Shown here: positions 34,901 to 47,300 of the stretch, piece by piece
Layout: each line of letters begins with the position of its first letter
Numbering within the stretch: position 1 is the first letter of the stretch
Source: Antedon mediterranea
Lineage: Eukaryota; Animalia; Echinodermata
Assembly (NCBI RefSeq): GCF_964355755.1
Contig: NC_092679.1
Coordinates: 14,677,432 to 14,741,431 of the forward strand
DNA length: 64,000 nt
Direction: 5' to 3'
Translations under genes and position numbers: made by a program
The notes under the pieces: generated by a model
What the model saw: only the letters and a program-made list of their open reading frames with translations
What the model was told of the DNA's origin: nothing
Database searches by the model: none

Positions 34901-37195
34901 CCTCAATATAGATTTATTTTAACGACATGTTTCGGGCATAGCCCATCATCAGGTGAAAAGAATTGTAACAAAGGATAACATATATAAGTCACAAAATTAC
35001 ATAATAAAACAAATCAACCAATCAAAGATGTTAACAAACAAAAGGCATAGTTATAAAGGCACGCCTCCAAAAGCTATGGTGTACAAAGCAGGAATGGTTG
35101 CTTATAAAGCAGGAAATTTAAAACAAAGACAAAAGCTTCAAGTGTAAATAATTGTTAATATGAGAATATTTATTATATATATATATATATACAATTTATA
35201 ATTATGTTTTTGCTTTTCATTATTCTGGTAAGAAAACTGTAAAAAGGTTGGAAAATCGAGACTATTTAATTCATTTATCAAGTTGAGAACATAAATAGGA
35301 ATTAATATTCAATTCAGACGATGGCTATCCCATGACTCACCTGTAAGTAAACTGAACGAAAGATACAAATGGTAAATTTGTGTTGAAAAAGATGCCAATA
35401 TACATCCAGCTGACGCAATTAATCCACCGAAAAACATTACAATACGCTCTCCATATCGTCTGCTTAAATATGATGCCAAAAAATCTAAAATTAAAATAAA
35501 CTCCTATAACTTTATTTATTTCATTAAATTGTAATATTTGTGTCAGTATATTATATAGAAATTACAGTCATTGTACTGTGATTTAGGAAGCTTTTGATTT
35601 GCAACAATTGGCGACATAGGAAAAATTTACGTCATTTGATGTGTCATTGTTCATTGCATGGACCTAGAAGACACCAAAACTGTGTCGAGGTGGAAAGCAA
35701 GAAAGCATGTTCCTCACATGTACAATGAATTTATTACGTTGTTTGTTATCACAAAGCTTCATATATGAACTAGACACAACTAGCTTATGTACTCAGTACG
35801 TGCTAGATTTCTAGTCAAATGATAAGCCATCATTTAACTACATACATGCCAACACACATACTGTAGGCACCAAACGCGATACCGCTTGTGACGTCACATT
35901 GAGCTCCTTATCTCTCTCAATAATGGATTGAGGGTGCTGTTGACAAACCACCTCTCGTTTTTTTACCTTAACAGATTGACTGTATATAGGCCTATACAGA
36001 TATAATTCCTTTTCTGTTTTTGTTATGGCTAATATAGAATAATAATAAAAGTAATTAGTAATTGAAATAAAACTGTAACTTACTTGTCATCAACACTATG
36101 GTGGGAAATAAGGAGATAGCACCTGCGACTATGGACGTACTCTGGCCTAGGTCATTCTTCCAGTTTGCCAGATAAATACCTGATCCGTTCATGAATCCAA
36201 CTATCAGTATCATATTAAAGAAGGCGCCCATGACTACGATCCACCCCCATCCTCCATCAAGATTCTTAGAGGAAGAGCCATATTTTTCTTGACCTTCGAC
36301 CTTCATTCCTATGCTGTGTATATGAATACAATAAACCAAGACAAGGTAGTTATATTGCCATTTATTTATCTGAAAATATTTGTTTCAAAACTACCACAGG
36401 ACAAGACAAACAGAAAAGTAAGTCTTTAAATAATATGCTCATTTTATAGCAAAGGATTAGGCAATAACCATATCGTGAGAATATCTAATTATAATTAAAA
36501 TTAATTGTTCTAAAAACAATATGATAATTGGAATAATTATGTATGCATAACTTATTAATAATTTAATAATTGGTTTAACATTTAAACTTGTCTGTCTGTA
36601 AATCATAATTATTTTGCATATTTAGTATAATATACACATTTCAACAATGGTTATCAAAATTCATTATTGTACCTGCATATAAAAAGGATAATTGTATCAA
36701 TAGAACAAACATTACAGACAAATATGGATTATTAAAATGCTATTAATAATTATACAGGTACTGTAGAATATCAAACAGTAAGGGGCTTTGAGATCCAACC
36801 AAATGTCCCCTTAATAGAGGTGTCTCACCAAATGTCCCCTTAATAGAGGTGTCTCACCAAATGTCCCCTTAATAGAGGTGTCTCACCAAATGTCCCCTTA
36901 ATAGGTGTCTCACCAAATGTCCCCTTAATAGAGGTGTCTCACCAAATGTCCCCTTAATAGAGGTGTCTCCTGAATAGGTTTTTTTTGTAGTGTTAAAACA
37001 TACATTATATTCATTCTTATTCATTTCATAGGAAAGTGACCCCTGAATAGGTGTCCCAAATAAATCGGTTACTACTGTATTAGTCTAATGGAACACATGT
37101 TTGACTTAAATGAACAGACTTTCTAGATACATTTTTCCATTACCTGATGATATGGACTTCAACTCTGATTTTCTTCTTTTTTCCATCTTTACCAT
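31927..37195 (-). CDS. Monocarboxylate transporter family (SLC16-like) MFS protein, about 493 aa
   Basis: Exons 37195-37144 (tentative first), 36308-36084, 35484-35341, 33616-32723 and 32093-31927 join in frame. It has the SLC16 signature DGGWGWIVV, YFKKRYAVANGLVFSGAGVG, YTWRGTFLILGG, LMRPL and the terminal GWLYDYTNNYDVSFYFAG. The paralog cannot be assigned. Confidence 0.88.
34729..34778 (+). ncRNA. Second, more degenerate hammerhead ribozyme copy (inverted relative to the first)
   Basis: UUCAC-CUGAUGA-U-GGGC-(uauacuguau)-GCCU-GAAA-CAUG-UC-AUG. The cores are intact, loop II is expanded and stem I is disrupted. Confidence 0.5.
34917..34959 (-). ncRNA. Minimal type I hammerhead ribozyme of Penelope/retrozyme type
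   Basis: The minus strand reads UUUUCAC-CUGAUGA-U-GGGC-UAU-GCCC-GAAA-CAUG-UC^GUUAAAA. It has the conserved CUGANGA and GAAA cores, a 4-bp stem II, a palindromic ACAUGU stem III, a GUC cleavage triplet and a 6/7-bp stem I. Confidence 0.7.
36797..36968. repeat. 29-bp minisatellite, about 6 copies, inside a TA-flanked MITE (about 36760-37078)
   Basis: Unit caccaaatgtccccttaatagaggtgtct; one copy has a 2-nt deletion. Confidence 0.9.
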
Positions 37196-37283
37196 ACTGT
37201 AACAATTACTGTACTTGATTTTCTTGTAGAAAAGTAAGGTACAAAATTTCAGGTCAGGTTATTTTTATTTCAAGTCTATGAAC

Positions 37284-38591
37284 CAGGGGCGGACCCAGGG
37301 TTGTTGCCCTAGTGGCCCGGGCAACACCCTTAATTTCATACTAAATGTTGTTTTGCCACTAAATTAAAATTTCATCGTATACAATATCCATATTATTTAT
37401 ACGTTATAGAACTCCAGTCTGGAAGAGAATATTTGTAAATTAGCAGAATGCACATCAGACACCAATAGGCCAACTATACCGCGCAGATAGATACGTTTCT
37501 GAGCATGCGCAGAATGAATTTCTGATTGGCTAGTTGCTTGTTGTGCTCCTGATGATTGAGAGGTACGAAACGAGGCCAACACAAACTATGTTCTAGAGTA
37601 CTAGACTTGCTCCAAGTCTGTATTTATGGTCTTTTTTATGTCATTCCACACGTCGTCGTTTTGATTTTTGTCTGAAAGTATCCAAACTCAAGTAATACAC
37701 GTATGAAACGCCATATGTGCAAAAATATTTATATTTTTACTAATATTAAGACAAAACTCCGTCTGGAGCCCAGACTAACTGTGTTCGGAAAAAACCCGTC
37801 ATATGGGTCGTTGATTTATACATAATTATTGCGTTTTTTCAAGCCAAATCATAATTTTGCGTATAGTTTTGTTTTCCGTGTAGTGCCCTATTTATCTTAT
37901 TTCCGTACGTATACGTCCGTAATAATTAAGCCGAATGTTCGTAGTAACAGAGAATTATACCGGTACACTTACAGAGTTGTAGGGCATTTTATCATTGTTG
38001 ATGTTAGCTTAATTGTTAAAATTGCTAAAAGAAGTAACGCTGGCGCCAACGAATTTAACGACCTTCACAACCAAAATATTTCTTTGTAACAAAATTTGTT
38101 TTTAAATGGAACGCTACAAAAATAATCCTCCTCTTCATCAGTGCATGAATATACCTAATTAATAACCAGACAAGAACGTATCTTTGTTACGTTTTACTAT
38201 CAATCCATTCCATATCACGCATATATAAGTATAATATAATATATATATAATAATAACATTTTGATTGAATAGTGAGGGATTAGTTACAGTGTTGACCTTA
38301 AATAAACCATTGGTAATTTACTGAAAATCCAAAATGAACTTGTTGTTAGTCGTGTATGTTTTATTACCGGCGGAATAATATAGGCTACAATCCTCTGTTT
38401 GCTAGCGCACTATAGAGTGAGTGACATTTCCGGCGAACTAGAGGTGCAATTTATCATGAATTTTACGTGCGAGAATACCATTTGCGGCCATCTAGAGGTG
38501 TCATTTAATAATTTGCTTACTCAAATTCTCAGTGTCTACAGCCCTGTAGTCTTTGGGCAACCCTCTTTAAATAGTCCTGCGACCGCCCCTG
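37284..38591. mobile_element. Non-autonomous hAT-like element with 5-bp TSD
   Basis: CAGGGGCGG.. / ..CCGCCCCTG termini. TGAAC at 37279-37283 and 38592-38596. gggcaac repeats lie near both ends. Confidence 0.78.
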
Positions 38592-39231
38592 TGAACACAT
38601 ACAATTACATATTATTGCTAGTTATTTATTAATGTTAGGAAGTTATGTCTTGCTCATAGTTCATAGGTCAAAGTTCACTCTCTCTCTCCTTCATAAAGCA
38701 TTGAGCAATTGTATGTCAACAATCAATTTCCTCTTGCAGGAGAAACTAATTATTCAAACAGTTTTGCTTCTCGCCAGAAGTAAAAAAAAAGAAACAAGAA
38801 TTATAATGGACAAAGATCAGTAAGAAAACGTACCCAGGTTTGTGGGAAAATGACTAATAATTTCAATATCAGTTGGAGAGTTCAAAAGTTAATAAGTTAA
38901 TTTTCATTCTTTGTTTAAAGTTGGCAAAAAGGAAATTGTATTTGTACTGCTCCATCAACCATATGATATTTTTCTGACATAAACTGCAATAAGAAAATAA
39001 ATAATTAAGAAATAAAAGTTGGACAAAGAAAAAGGAATGTTTAATAATTATAAAAATAGCAGAATTTAAATCTCTTATGATGGTGATCAAAACAATATAG
39101 ACTTAGCCTGTCTACACTATCAAACAAGTTTGATAAAAAGTGTGCCCAAATATAGTAGTGACATCATGTCTATATATGGGCACATCACATTTCTTTGTCA
39201 CATAAAGGTTGATGGTGTAGACAAAGCTTTA

Positions 39232-39605
39232 AGCTGATTTTCCACTAGGCGAATTTGTTCGCGCGAATCGAAAACGTCATGCTCTGCGCATGCGTATTCA
39301 AGTTTCTGTCTGTCATACTCCCTTCTGCGACGAATTCTAGTTCCTTGATTTTTCGCTGCAGCGAAATTTACTAGTTCGAATTGTTTCTACTTTTTGCGAA
39401 GCGAAATATTGCGCAACCAATCAGAGCTCAGTAAATGAGTTATGATGCTTTCATGAGCAGTCATGCGAATCGAAATGCTCAGCAACCACGCGAGGAACAT
39501 GAACGTCGCAGCTATTCGCTTATGTAGTGGAAAGAGAGTAGGCGATTTTTTTCTCTTCGAAACGTTGGATTCGCGCGAACAAATTCGCCTAGTGGAAAAT
39601 CAACT
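39232..39605. mobile_element. PIF/Harbinger-type MITE with about 38-bp TIRs
   Basis: AGCTGATTTTCCACTAGGCGAATTTGTTCGCGCGAATC and its reverse complement, with TTA on both sides. Directly abuts the MITE at 39106-39228. Confidence 0.88.
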
Positions 39606-40329
39606 TTATGCTGAGTAGTCTTCTGGGCTACTTTGGTTTTGGATGAGACCTTTCCACAAAAACAATATAGAAAAAGTAAAAAAAAATGAAACTTTTATTT
39701 TCAAACTAAGGACATAATCTTATAGAGCTTATTTTTTTTACTAAGGCCTGCAAAAATGTATTAATTTGTACATTTAACCTACTGTCATACCTTTTGCATA
39801 CATTGCAATTTGCGAAAGTCTATGCATGTAGTTTAGAAATTGAAACATCTATTTCAGTTTGTAGTACTGCCTTAAGCTCTATCAAACTAGTTTGACAAAA
39901 AAAGTGTGATGTGCCCAAATATGGTAGTGTCGGTGATATGCCCAAATAGTGGTGATATGACATCATCATTTCTATATATGGGCAGAGAGCTTTACAATCC
40001 ATGCTCATCAGCATTATTATTGCAAAGTGTCTTTTCCTGGTCAGTTGCTGTTCTTTAGGAATGGCCTTCGATACTCCATCAGGAAAGCTGCTGAATCGCT
40101 CACTACATTCAAACAACTCCTCAAATCCCACCTTTTTAATTTGCACTTTCTTCAATAATCTTTTGCTTTAAAAAATGTTTTTCTGTTTATTGTTCAGCGC
40201 TTAGAAGTGCCCTACATTTTGCGCTGTATTAAATAACATTATTTTGTTGTAAGATAGTAGAATGGGAAATTTCATTTTGATGTGAATAAATAAAAGGGGT
40301 ATTATGCAAACTTTGCCTGGTTAAAACTG

Positions 40330-40345
40330 AGGCCGGAAGTGTCAC
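40330..40345 (+). promoter_or_regulatory. ETS/GABP-type site in the likely VPS54 promoter region
   Basis: CCGGAAGTG at about 40333-40341, upstream of a strong donor AAG|gtaagt at 40703/40704. The VPS54 ATG is directly preceded by an acceptor-like ctgcacag, implying a non-coding first exon. Confidence 0.35.
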
Positions 40346-41394
40346 CCAAATTCATCGGAAAATAAATAGTACTACTTTGGAGGCATCAAAACCATAGTTT
40401 ATTGCATTTTGAAGGAAAAAAACAATTTTCAATTTTTAAAATCATACTTTACTTTACTTGTATTTACTTTTGTTTCCCGTACGTACTTTCGTACTGATAT
40501 GGATATGGTGTGGGTTTTATATTACCTCTCACTCTGTTTTAATCATATCATGAAGCTACTATATGTAGTTCTTTCAACCAATATGGTAAATGTTTGGTTC
40601 ATATTTCATAATAATATCTACCAGAATTCTACCAGAACTAGTCTAGACTGGTGGCATGTATTGTAATTGTAATCACTCACCTCTTAGCTAATCAATAAAT
40701 AAGGTAAGTATGATATTAAATAACTCCACTCATATTTAACAGATGATTATATAATAAATAATAATAAATAATTAAACGGGATCCAAATAAACTAACTATT
40801 TTAAGTACAAAAACAGAAACCTACCATTTAAATACCAATATGGATGGATGGACGTTTGTTTGATCCATGTTTTTATGTTGTACCAAAGATATTCTTTGGT
40901 TGTACGTATTCATCCAAGCATATCTCTTTACGAAAAAATCAAGTTGAGGGGGTAATTTCATTTTCTATTTTTGTCTTTTTGACACACTGCTTTTCAACAT
41001 CTGTGCTGCCAACAGAGCAGTATAAAAAAGGCAGGAAGTCCCTGAGCCTAGCATTTATTTCTGAGGATAAAAAGTTACCAAATGTTTCTATTTGTGACTG
41101 GTATAGCCCTAGTAGAATTGTAGTTTTATTGGTTATTAATAACTAGTTTTTACTAACACATTTTGCGATTGTGGATTGAAAAACAGCACATTTTCGAAAG
41201 TGGTGTAGCCTACCCACTGTAAACCTGTGTAGTTAGTAGAGTACAGTATAGCCTAGCTAGCTAGGCCTAGAGTAGCCTGGGCTTGGCAAACAAACCAGAG
41301 AGAGGGAGTTGCTCCCTGGCCTAACTTAAGTTAAGTTAGTACTGTAGCCTAAGTAGTAGTAGGTAGGTACTACTGTTGAACTCATACTGCACAG

Positions 41395-44300
41395 ATGCAA
41401 CGGCGTACTGCAGGGGAGCATTTGTCGGCTGTCGTCCCTGCTGTAGGCTCTGGTCGACGAACTGAAAATAGACCTGACGTGAGGCCTACCATTGATAAGA
41501 ACGAAACTACAAATCATTGGAGAACATGCGAGATATGTTCAATCCAATGGAAATCGCCTTCAGAATTTGCCCTCCATTTGCGCGAGAAACATTGTACGAA
41601 AGAGGGAGGGTCATTTGTTTGTCGGTACGGTACACATGGAATATGTCCCAGTCTCCCGTTGGAAGGTGTCAGCGATAAAGACTACGAATTTCATGTTGCT
41701 AGGGATCACGTAGCAGATGATGGTAAGCAGATTTTTTTTTTTTTGTAATGATTTTTTTTTTTGGTTTAGGTATTCCTGGCACAAGATTAACAATTTTTGG
41801 GTTGAGATTTTTTTGTGCATTATATTATAAATATGATTTCTTTCTCTCATCTTTCAGTACTTTTCATCGTTTACACATTGCTGTCAAATTTAGTTCATTT
41901 TAACATCTGATAATATACAATTTTGTTTATTTTTAAATATTTTTTTACCATATTTTATAATTTTTATATATTAAATATTACTGATTTCAGATCTAAAAAA
42001 AAATTAGTTGTTGAACCTGGCTGCGCAGTTTTAATATAACATTAGTTATTCATTTTGTTTGACCAAAAATTGGACTGAAGAAACTAATATTTAAAGCAAA
42101 AAAAAAAGTCAGCGAGAAACTCATTGTCTGGAAGTCAATGAATTTTTGGTGAATTTTAAACTTGATTTAAGCTACCTAAATTGCCTATTCAAAGTTGTTT
42201 GATGTATGTAAATAAGTAATCATAAAATGATGATATACTGTATCCCAATAAATTGTTTGGATAAAGTGCTTAACTCGCAAAGAGAGAGATTAATGTGAAT
42301 AAAATTGAAACCATAGACTATTTATTATCTCTATCTAAACTTGTGAACTTTGTTTTGTATTCACAATTTATTTTGTGTTGCTATAGAGCCTGAATAATGT
42401 ATGTGAAGTAAAACATACATTAATAACAGAACTATTGTACAAAGGTTTCTCATTTATTCTTAAGCTCTGTCTACACTATCAACCTTTAAGGTTATTTGAC
42501 AACAAAAAATATCATGATGATGTTTATCACTACCATTTAGGCATATATCGCCACCATATTTGGGCATATTACATTTTTTTTTTTTTCAAACTAGTTTGAT
42601 AGTGTAAACAGAGCTTTCTGCCTATTATTTGAGGTTTATACAATGTACATTGGGACCATGGCAACATTATTCTACTGCATTTACTGCAGTAAATACAGTA
42701 CGTTTTACTGTAAGATTTTTATGCAATTATTTAACAAGCTTTTTGGGATAATTATACACATTATTTATTGCAGCGAAACTTCAAATTGAAAACATATGAA
42801 CATTAAAACTAAAATCATATGTTTAATGGCAGTAACAAAATGTAGAATAATGCTGCCGTGATCCCTAAAATAAATACCACTACAATATTAAAGCATTTAA
42901 AATCTCTTCAAATCTTCTCTAGGATATACAAACAAAATCAATCCTTTAATGGCCAAGCAGACTCGATTGACCAATCAGGCCCCATCGATAGTCAGTGACC
43001 AACACAAGTGGACTGTGTATTCATCGAGTGTTAATCTACCAGCAGTTTTGAATGATCCTAGAAAATCACGACGTGAACACGATTTCTTTACAAAGACATG
43101 GGGAGAAGGTTTTATTGAGAACACTGTTATTCCACCTTCCCCTCATCTGCAGATAATAACCAAAGCAAACTTCGAAAAGTACTTGAACAAAACAGCAAGT
43201 GTAAGTATTGTAGGCCTAATAAAATATGTACAGTATTGACATTTTATTTTTGTTTTATATTCCTTAATTGTTTTATAGTAGACATATTGTACATACAGTA
43301 GCTACTAAAGGCAGGTAAACAGATGAAATGATGGTATGGATAATTTGGCCCAACATAAAAGAAGTTTATTTTTGTTTCTCTGTCTTTAAAAAAAAATGTT
43401 CAAAATCATCCAAAACCGAGTAACTTACCAATTACAGGATGGATAAACTATTTTATCATTTATCACACTTGTATAAAATAATTCTCATTTGAGGCTTAGG
43501 GAGTAGAGTTGAAAGAGTCGTGAGTTATTGTACAACATTGGCACTGTACTGTACTGTAGGTCAGGATTGAACCCTGGACCTTGGGATTGGAAGGCAAGCA
43601 TGTTAACCACCAAGCTTCAGCTCTACTTCTGTTAATTAAAAATTTTCAAAAACATATCTTGCTGAAGGGCTTAGCTAGCTTACCATACACTTTATTACCT
43701 ATATTTCAACAATAATTGAATGTCGTCATCATTGGTTTTTGATCATTAATTTTTTTTTGTTTCCATAGAAATTAAAATGCCACAAGGTCCAATCATCTCA
43801 GAAACAAGCTCCTAGGTTACCTGCTGTGACTGGTAGGTTTGCAAGTTTATTTTTTGTTTATATTATTTTTTATTATTTTTTAGTGGAACCAATTTGCCAA
43901 AGATGACATGGTATGTACAGCATTTGTACAAAACATCAAAGTATACTGCTAAATAGTTTTTTGAATTATTTATATTCTTGAACAAATTTTGACTATGGAT
44001 TTGTAAATAAAATTTATTGTAGTGTATGTGTGACAGGTTGCTGCGATTATTATAAGGTGTGACCGTACAGTAGTAGTAGTAGTACTGTACAAACATACAT
44101 TAAACTACACTTCGCTACTCAATGCTAATGTATTTGTATAGCACATTCCACAAACAATGTCCTCACAATGCACTGCTGATGTCACGTCGGTACTGGCAGG
44201 TGTGTGAGAACTAATACACTGGGGCAACCCCCTACTCGTCTTGAAACATGTACTAGGTTCTTTAAAGTGCACCAAGCATTTGGTGTACACTGGACCTATG

Positions 44301-47300
44301 GTTTATAGTCTAATCTGAGAAGACTCGTTCTACCACAAGAACCATGGAGAGAGTGAACTTCAAACCCTTAAAGAGTTCACTATCAAAAATGCTCTTGTTT
44401 CACCAACATTTATAATGAGCTAAATATTTATAAAAAGGTCAGATGTTAGTATACTATTCATGAATTTCTCATTTTTCATATGCTTTCATATTTTTTAGAT
44501 AAAAGTCAAGCAGAATTACAGCAAATTCCAAAGGTAATTGTACTTTTAGTACTTTTTTTCTGTGAATTTTGAGTAAAAGCACAAATTATATTAAGTTACG
44601 GTTGTACAAAAAAAGGAAGTTTATTTGGTTCATCTGGAATCATTTAAGATAGGCATATGCTATACTTGTCAAGAGAACATCTGTTTATAATTGTACCATT
44701 TCCACAAAAACAGTCAACATTAATGTATGTACTCTCTAAATTTCTGTTCGTTTGACTTTTGAATTTTATTTTTGGAAGTGAAATGATATCTTTGGTTCTT
44801 TATATGATTTGGCAATACTTAAATAATTTTTTAAATCTTTATGAGAAGTTTTAAAATAAGTTGGTTTTTTTAGATGTTTTTTAGAGGCGATTTTGCACTT
44901 GAGAATCCAGAAACATTTCAAGCTGTGTTACCATGGTCACAGTTTAAAAGTCGAGGAGTTGGCCAATCTTCAAAACTCCTTCAAGAAAAAGTAAGGATAA
45001 ACAGTTTCTTTGGTCCTTTTATTTAAAGTTTGATCAAAAAGCTGATTGGATTAATAAAAGGTTATTTTATTCACTAAAGGTCAATAGTTTTCTCATTCAA
45101 ATTAGGTAGTTAAAAAGAGTATGAACGCCAGATTTCGTGGGTTCGAGTCCTGTACTTGATAAAAACTTGTGTTCTCAATATGTACTTAGCATAAAGTATG
45201 TCAGAGTAGTGAAAATGGTACCAAAATACTAGCATATTAACATATAATTTTCTAAACCATTGCATACTTATTGTATTTATCCGGCAGCAAGAAACATGGC
45301 AAATACAGGATTGATAAATTATAATTTAATAATATATCCTGCTTAAAACTAAGCCTCAGTTGAGTGGAGTAGAAAGAGTTACAACCCAAGCACTAGGTCA
45401 GGATCGAAGCCTGCACCTTGAGATTGGAAGGCAAGCAGGTTAACCACCAATACCTCTCCCTACTTCAACCAATACAGCCTGCACCTTGGGATTGGAAGGC
45501 AAGCAGGTTAACCACCAATACCACTCCCTACTTCAACCAATCCAGCCTGCACCTTGGGATTGGAAGGCAAGCAGGTTAACCACCAATACCTCTCCCTACT
45601 TCAACCAATACAGCCTGCACCTTGGGATTGGAAGGCAAGCAGGTTAACCACCAATACCTCTCCCTACTTCAACCAATACAGCCTGCACCTTGGTATTGGA
45701 AGGCAAGCAGGTTAACCACCAATACCTCTCCCTACTTCAACCAATACAGCCTGCACCTTGGGATTGGAAGGCAAGCAGGTTAACCACCAATACCTCTCCC
45801 TACTTCAACCAATACAGCCTGCACCTTGGGATTGGAAGGCAAGCAGGTTAACCACCAATACCTCTCCCTACTTCAACCAATACAGCCTGCACCTTGGGAT
45901 TGGAAGGCAAGCAGGTTAACCACCAATACCTCTCCCTACTTCAACCAATACAGCCTGCACCTTGAGATTGGAAGGCAAGCAGGTTAACCACCAATACCTC
46001 TCCCTACTTCAACCAATACAGCCTGCATCTTGGGATTGGAAGGCAAGCAGGTTAACCACCAATACCTCTCCCTACTTCAACCAATACAGCCTGCATCTTG
46101 GGATTGGAAGGCAAGCAGGTTAACCACCAATACCTCTCCCTACTTCAACCAATACAGCCTGCACCTTGGGATTGGAAGGCAAGCAGGTTAACCACCAATA
46201 CCTCTCCCTACTTCAACCAATACAGCCTGCACCTTGGGATTGGAAGGCAAGCAGGTTAACCACCAATACCTCTCCCTACTTCAACCAATACAGCCTGCAC
46301 CTGGGGATTGGAAGGCAAGCAGGTTAACCACCAATACCTCTCCCTACTTCAACCAATACAGCCTGCACCTTGGGATTGGAAGGCAAGCAGGTTAACCACC
46401 AATACCTCTCCCTACTTCAACCAATACATACAGTACATTTTACAGTATACCTTAACTATGTTATACATTTTTTATCATCTTAGTTGAGTCATTACTTGGA
46501 TTCAGTTGAGGTTGAACTTGCTCGTCAAATCTCACAAAGATCAACAGCGTTCTTCACGGCTATGGCGTCACATGACAAATTACAGGACAACCTTATTTCC
46601 ACCTGCTCAGCTATTAAAGACTTACGGTAAGGATGATTATCAAAAAATTAAATATGCTAGGGTTCCTACTGATCAGCTTAAATATTGTTGAAATATATAA
46701 ATATAATTAAATGAATATATTGGTGGGAGAGAAAGTGTTATGGGGGGTTCTCTGGCCACTTAAGAATAAAGATGTTACCATTATATAACATTTAATGACT
46801 CAGTTTATATTGAATGTACATTCCGCGACACGTACAAACCTTTTAATTAAAAAAAACAAGTGGTCAGACCACCCCTCATAACACTACTCCCTCTCAACTC
46901 CCCCCCCCCCCCCCACCAAATCTATTTATTTATATATTTCAACAATATTTAACGAAGATGGTGCAACCGAAGCTAACCCAAGTCCTAATGGATTGTTTCA
47001 CCTGGGCAGACAATTTAATAAAGATAACCTCTACAAGAAACAGGTGTGAACAAACGACCTCCTTGACAGAGGTAATAAATACTTTTATGTTATTTAATGA
47101 TGAAGTGTAATCTATACTTTGACAAACATGTTGTTTGATTTCTATAGGGAACGGATAACAGCAGTAGATGATGTGCTAGCTAAGAGATCGTTAGAAACAT
47201 TAGGTTACAAAATCTCAAGAGTGAACCATGCAAAAGTCTTTAATAAGGTATGTCTGCTTAACAATTAATCTCTGTCTACACTATCAAACTTTATGTGACA

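Larger units (their letters stand above)
34600..35075. mobile_element. Inverted (tail-to-tail) pair of Penelope-like pseudo-LTR fragments around a (TA)n tract
   Basis: About 34620-34810 (+) and about 34885-35068 (-) are reverse-complement copies, each carrying a hammerhead motif. (TA)n runs occur at 34822-34840 and 35174-35190. Confidence 0.65.

Noticed and set aside
37540-37585. Possible third hammerhead (ctgatga..gaaacgaggc)
   Set aside because: Stem II does not pair convincingly and there is no NUH cleavage triplet.
45408-46426. CRISPR-like regular array
   Set aside because: Units are identical end to end with no unique spacers, there are no cas genes, the context is a eukaryotic intron, and the unit derives from a SINE head.
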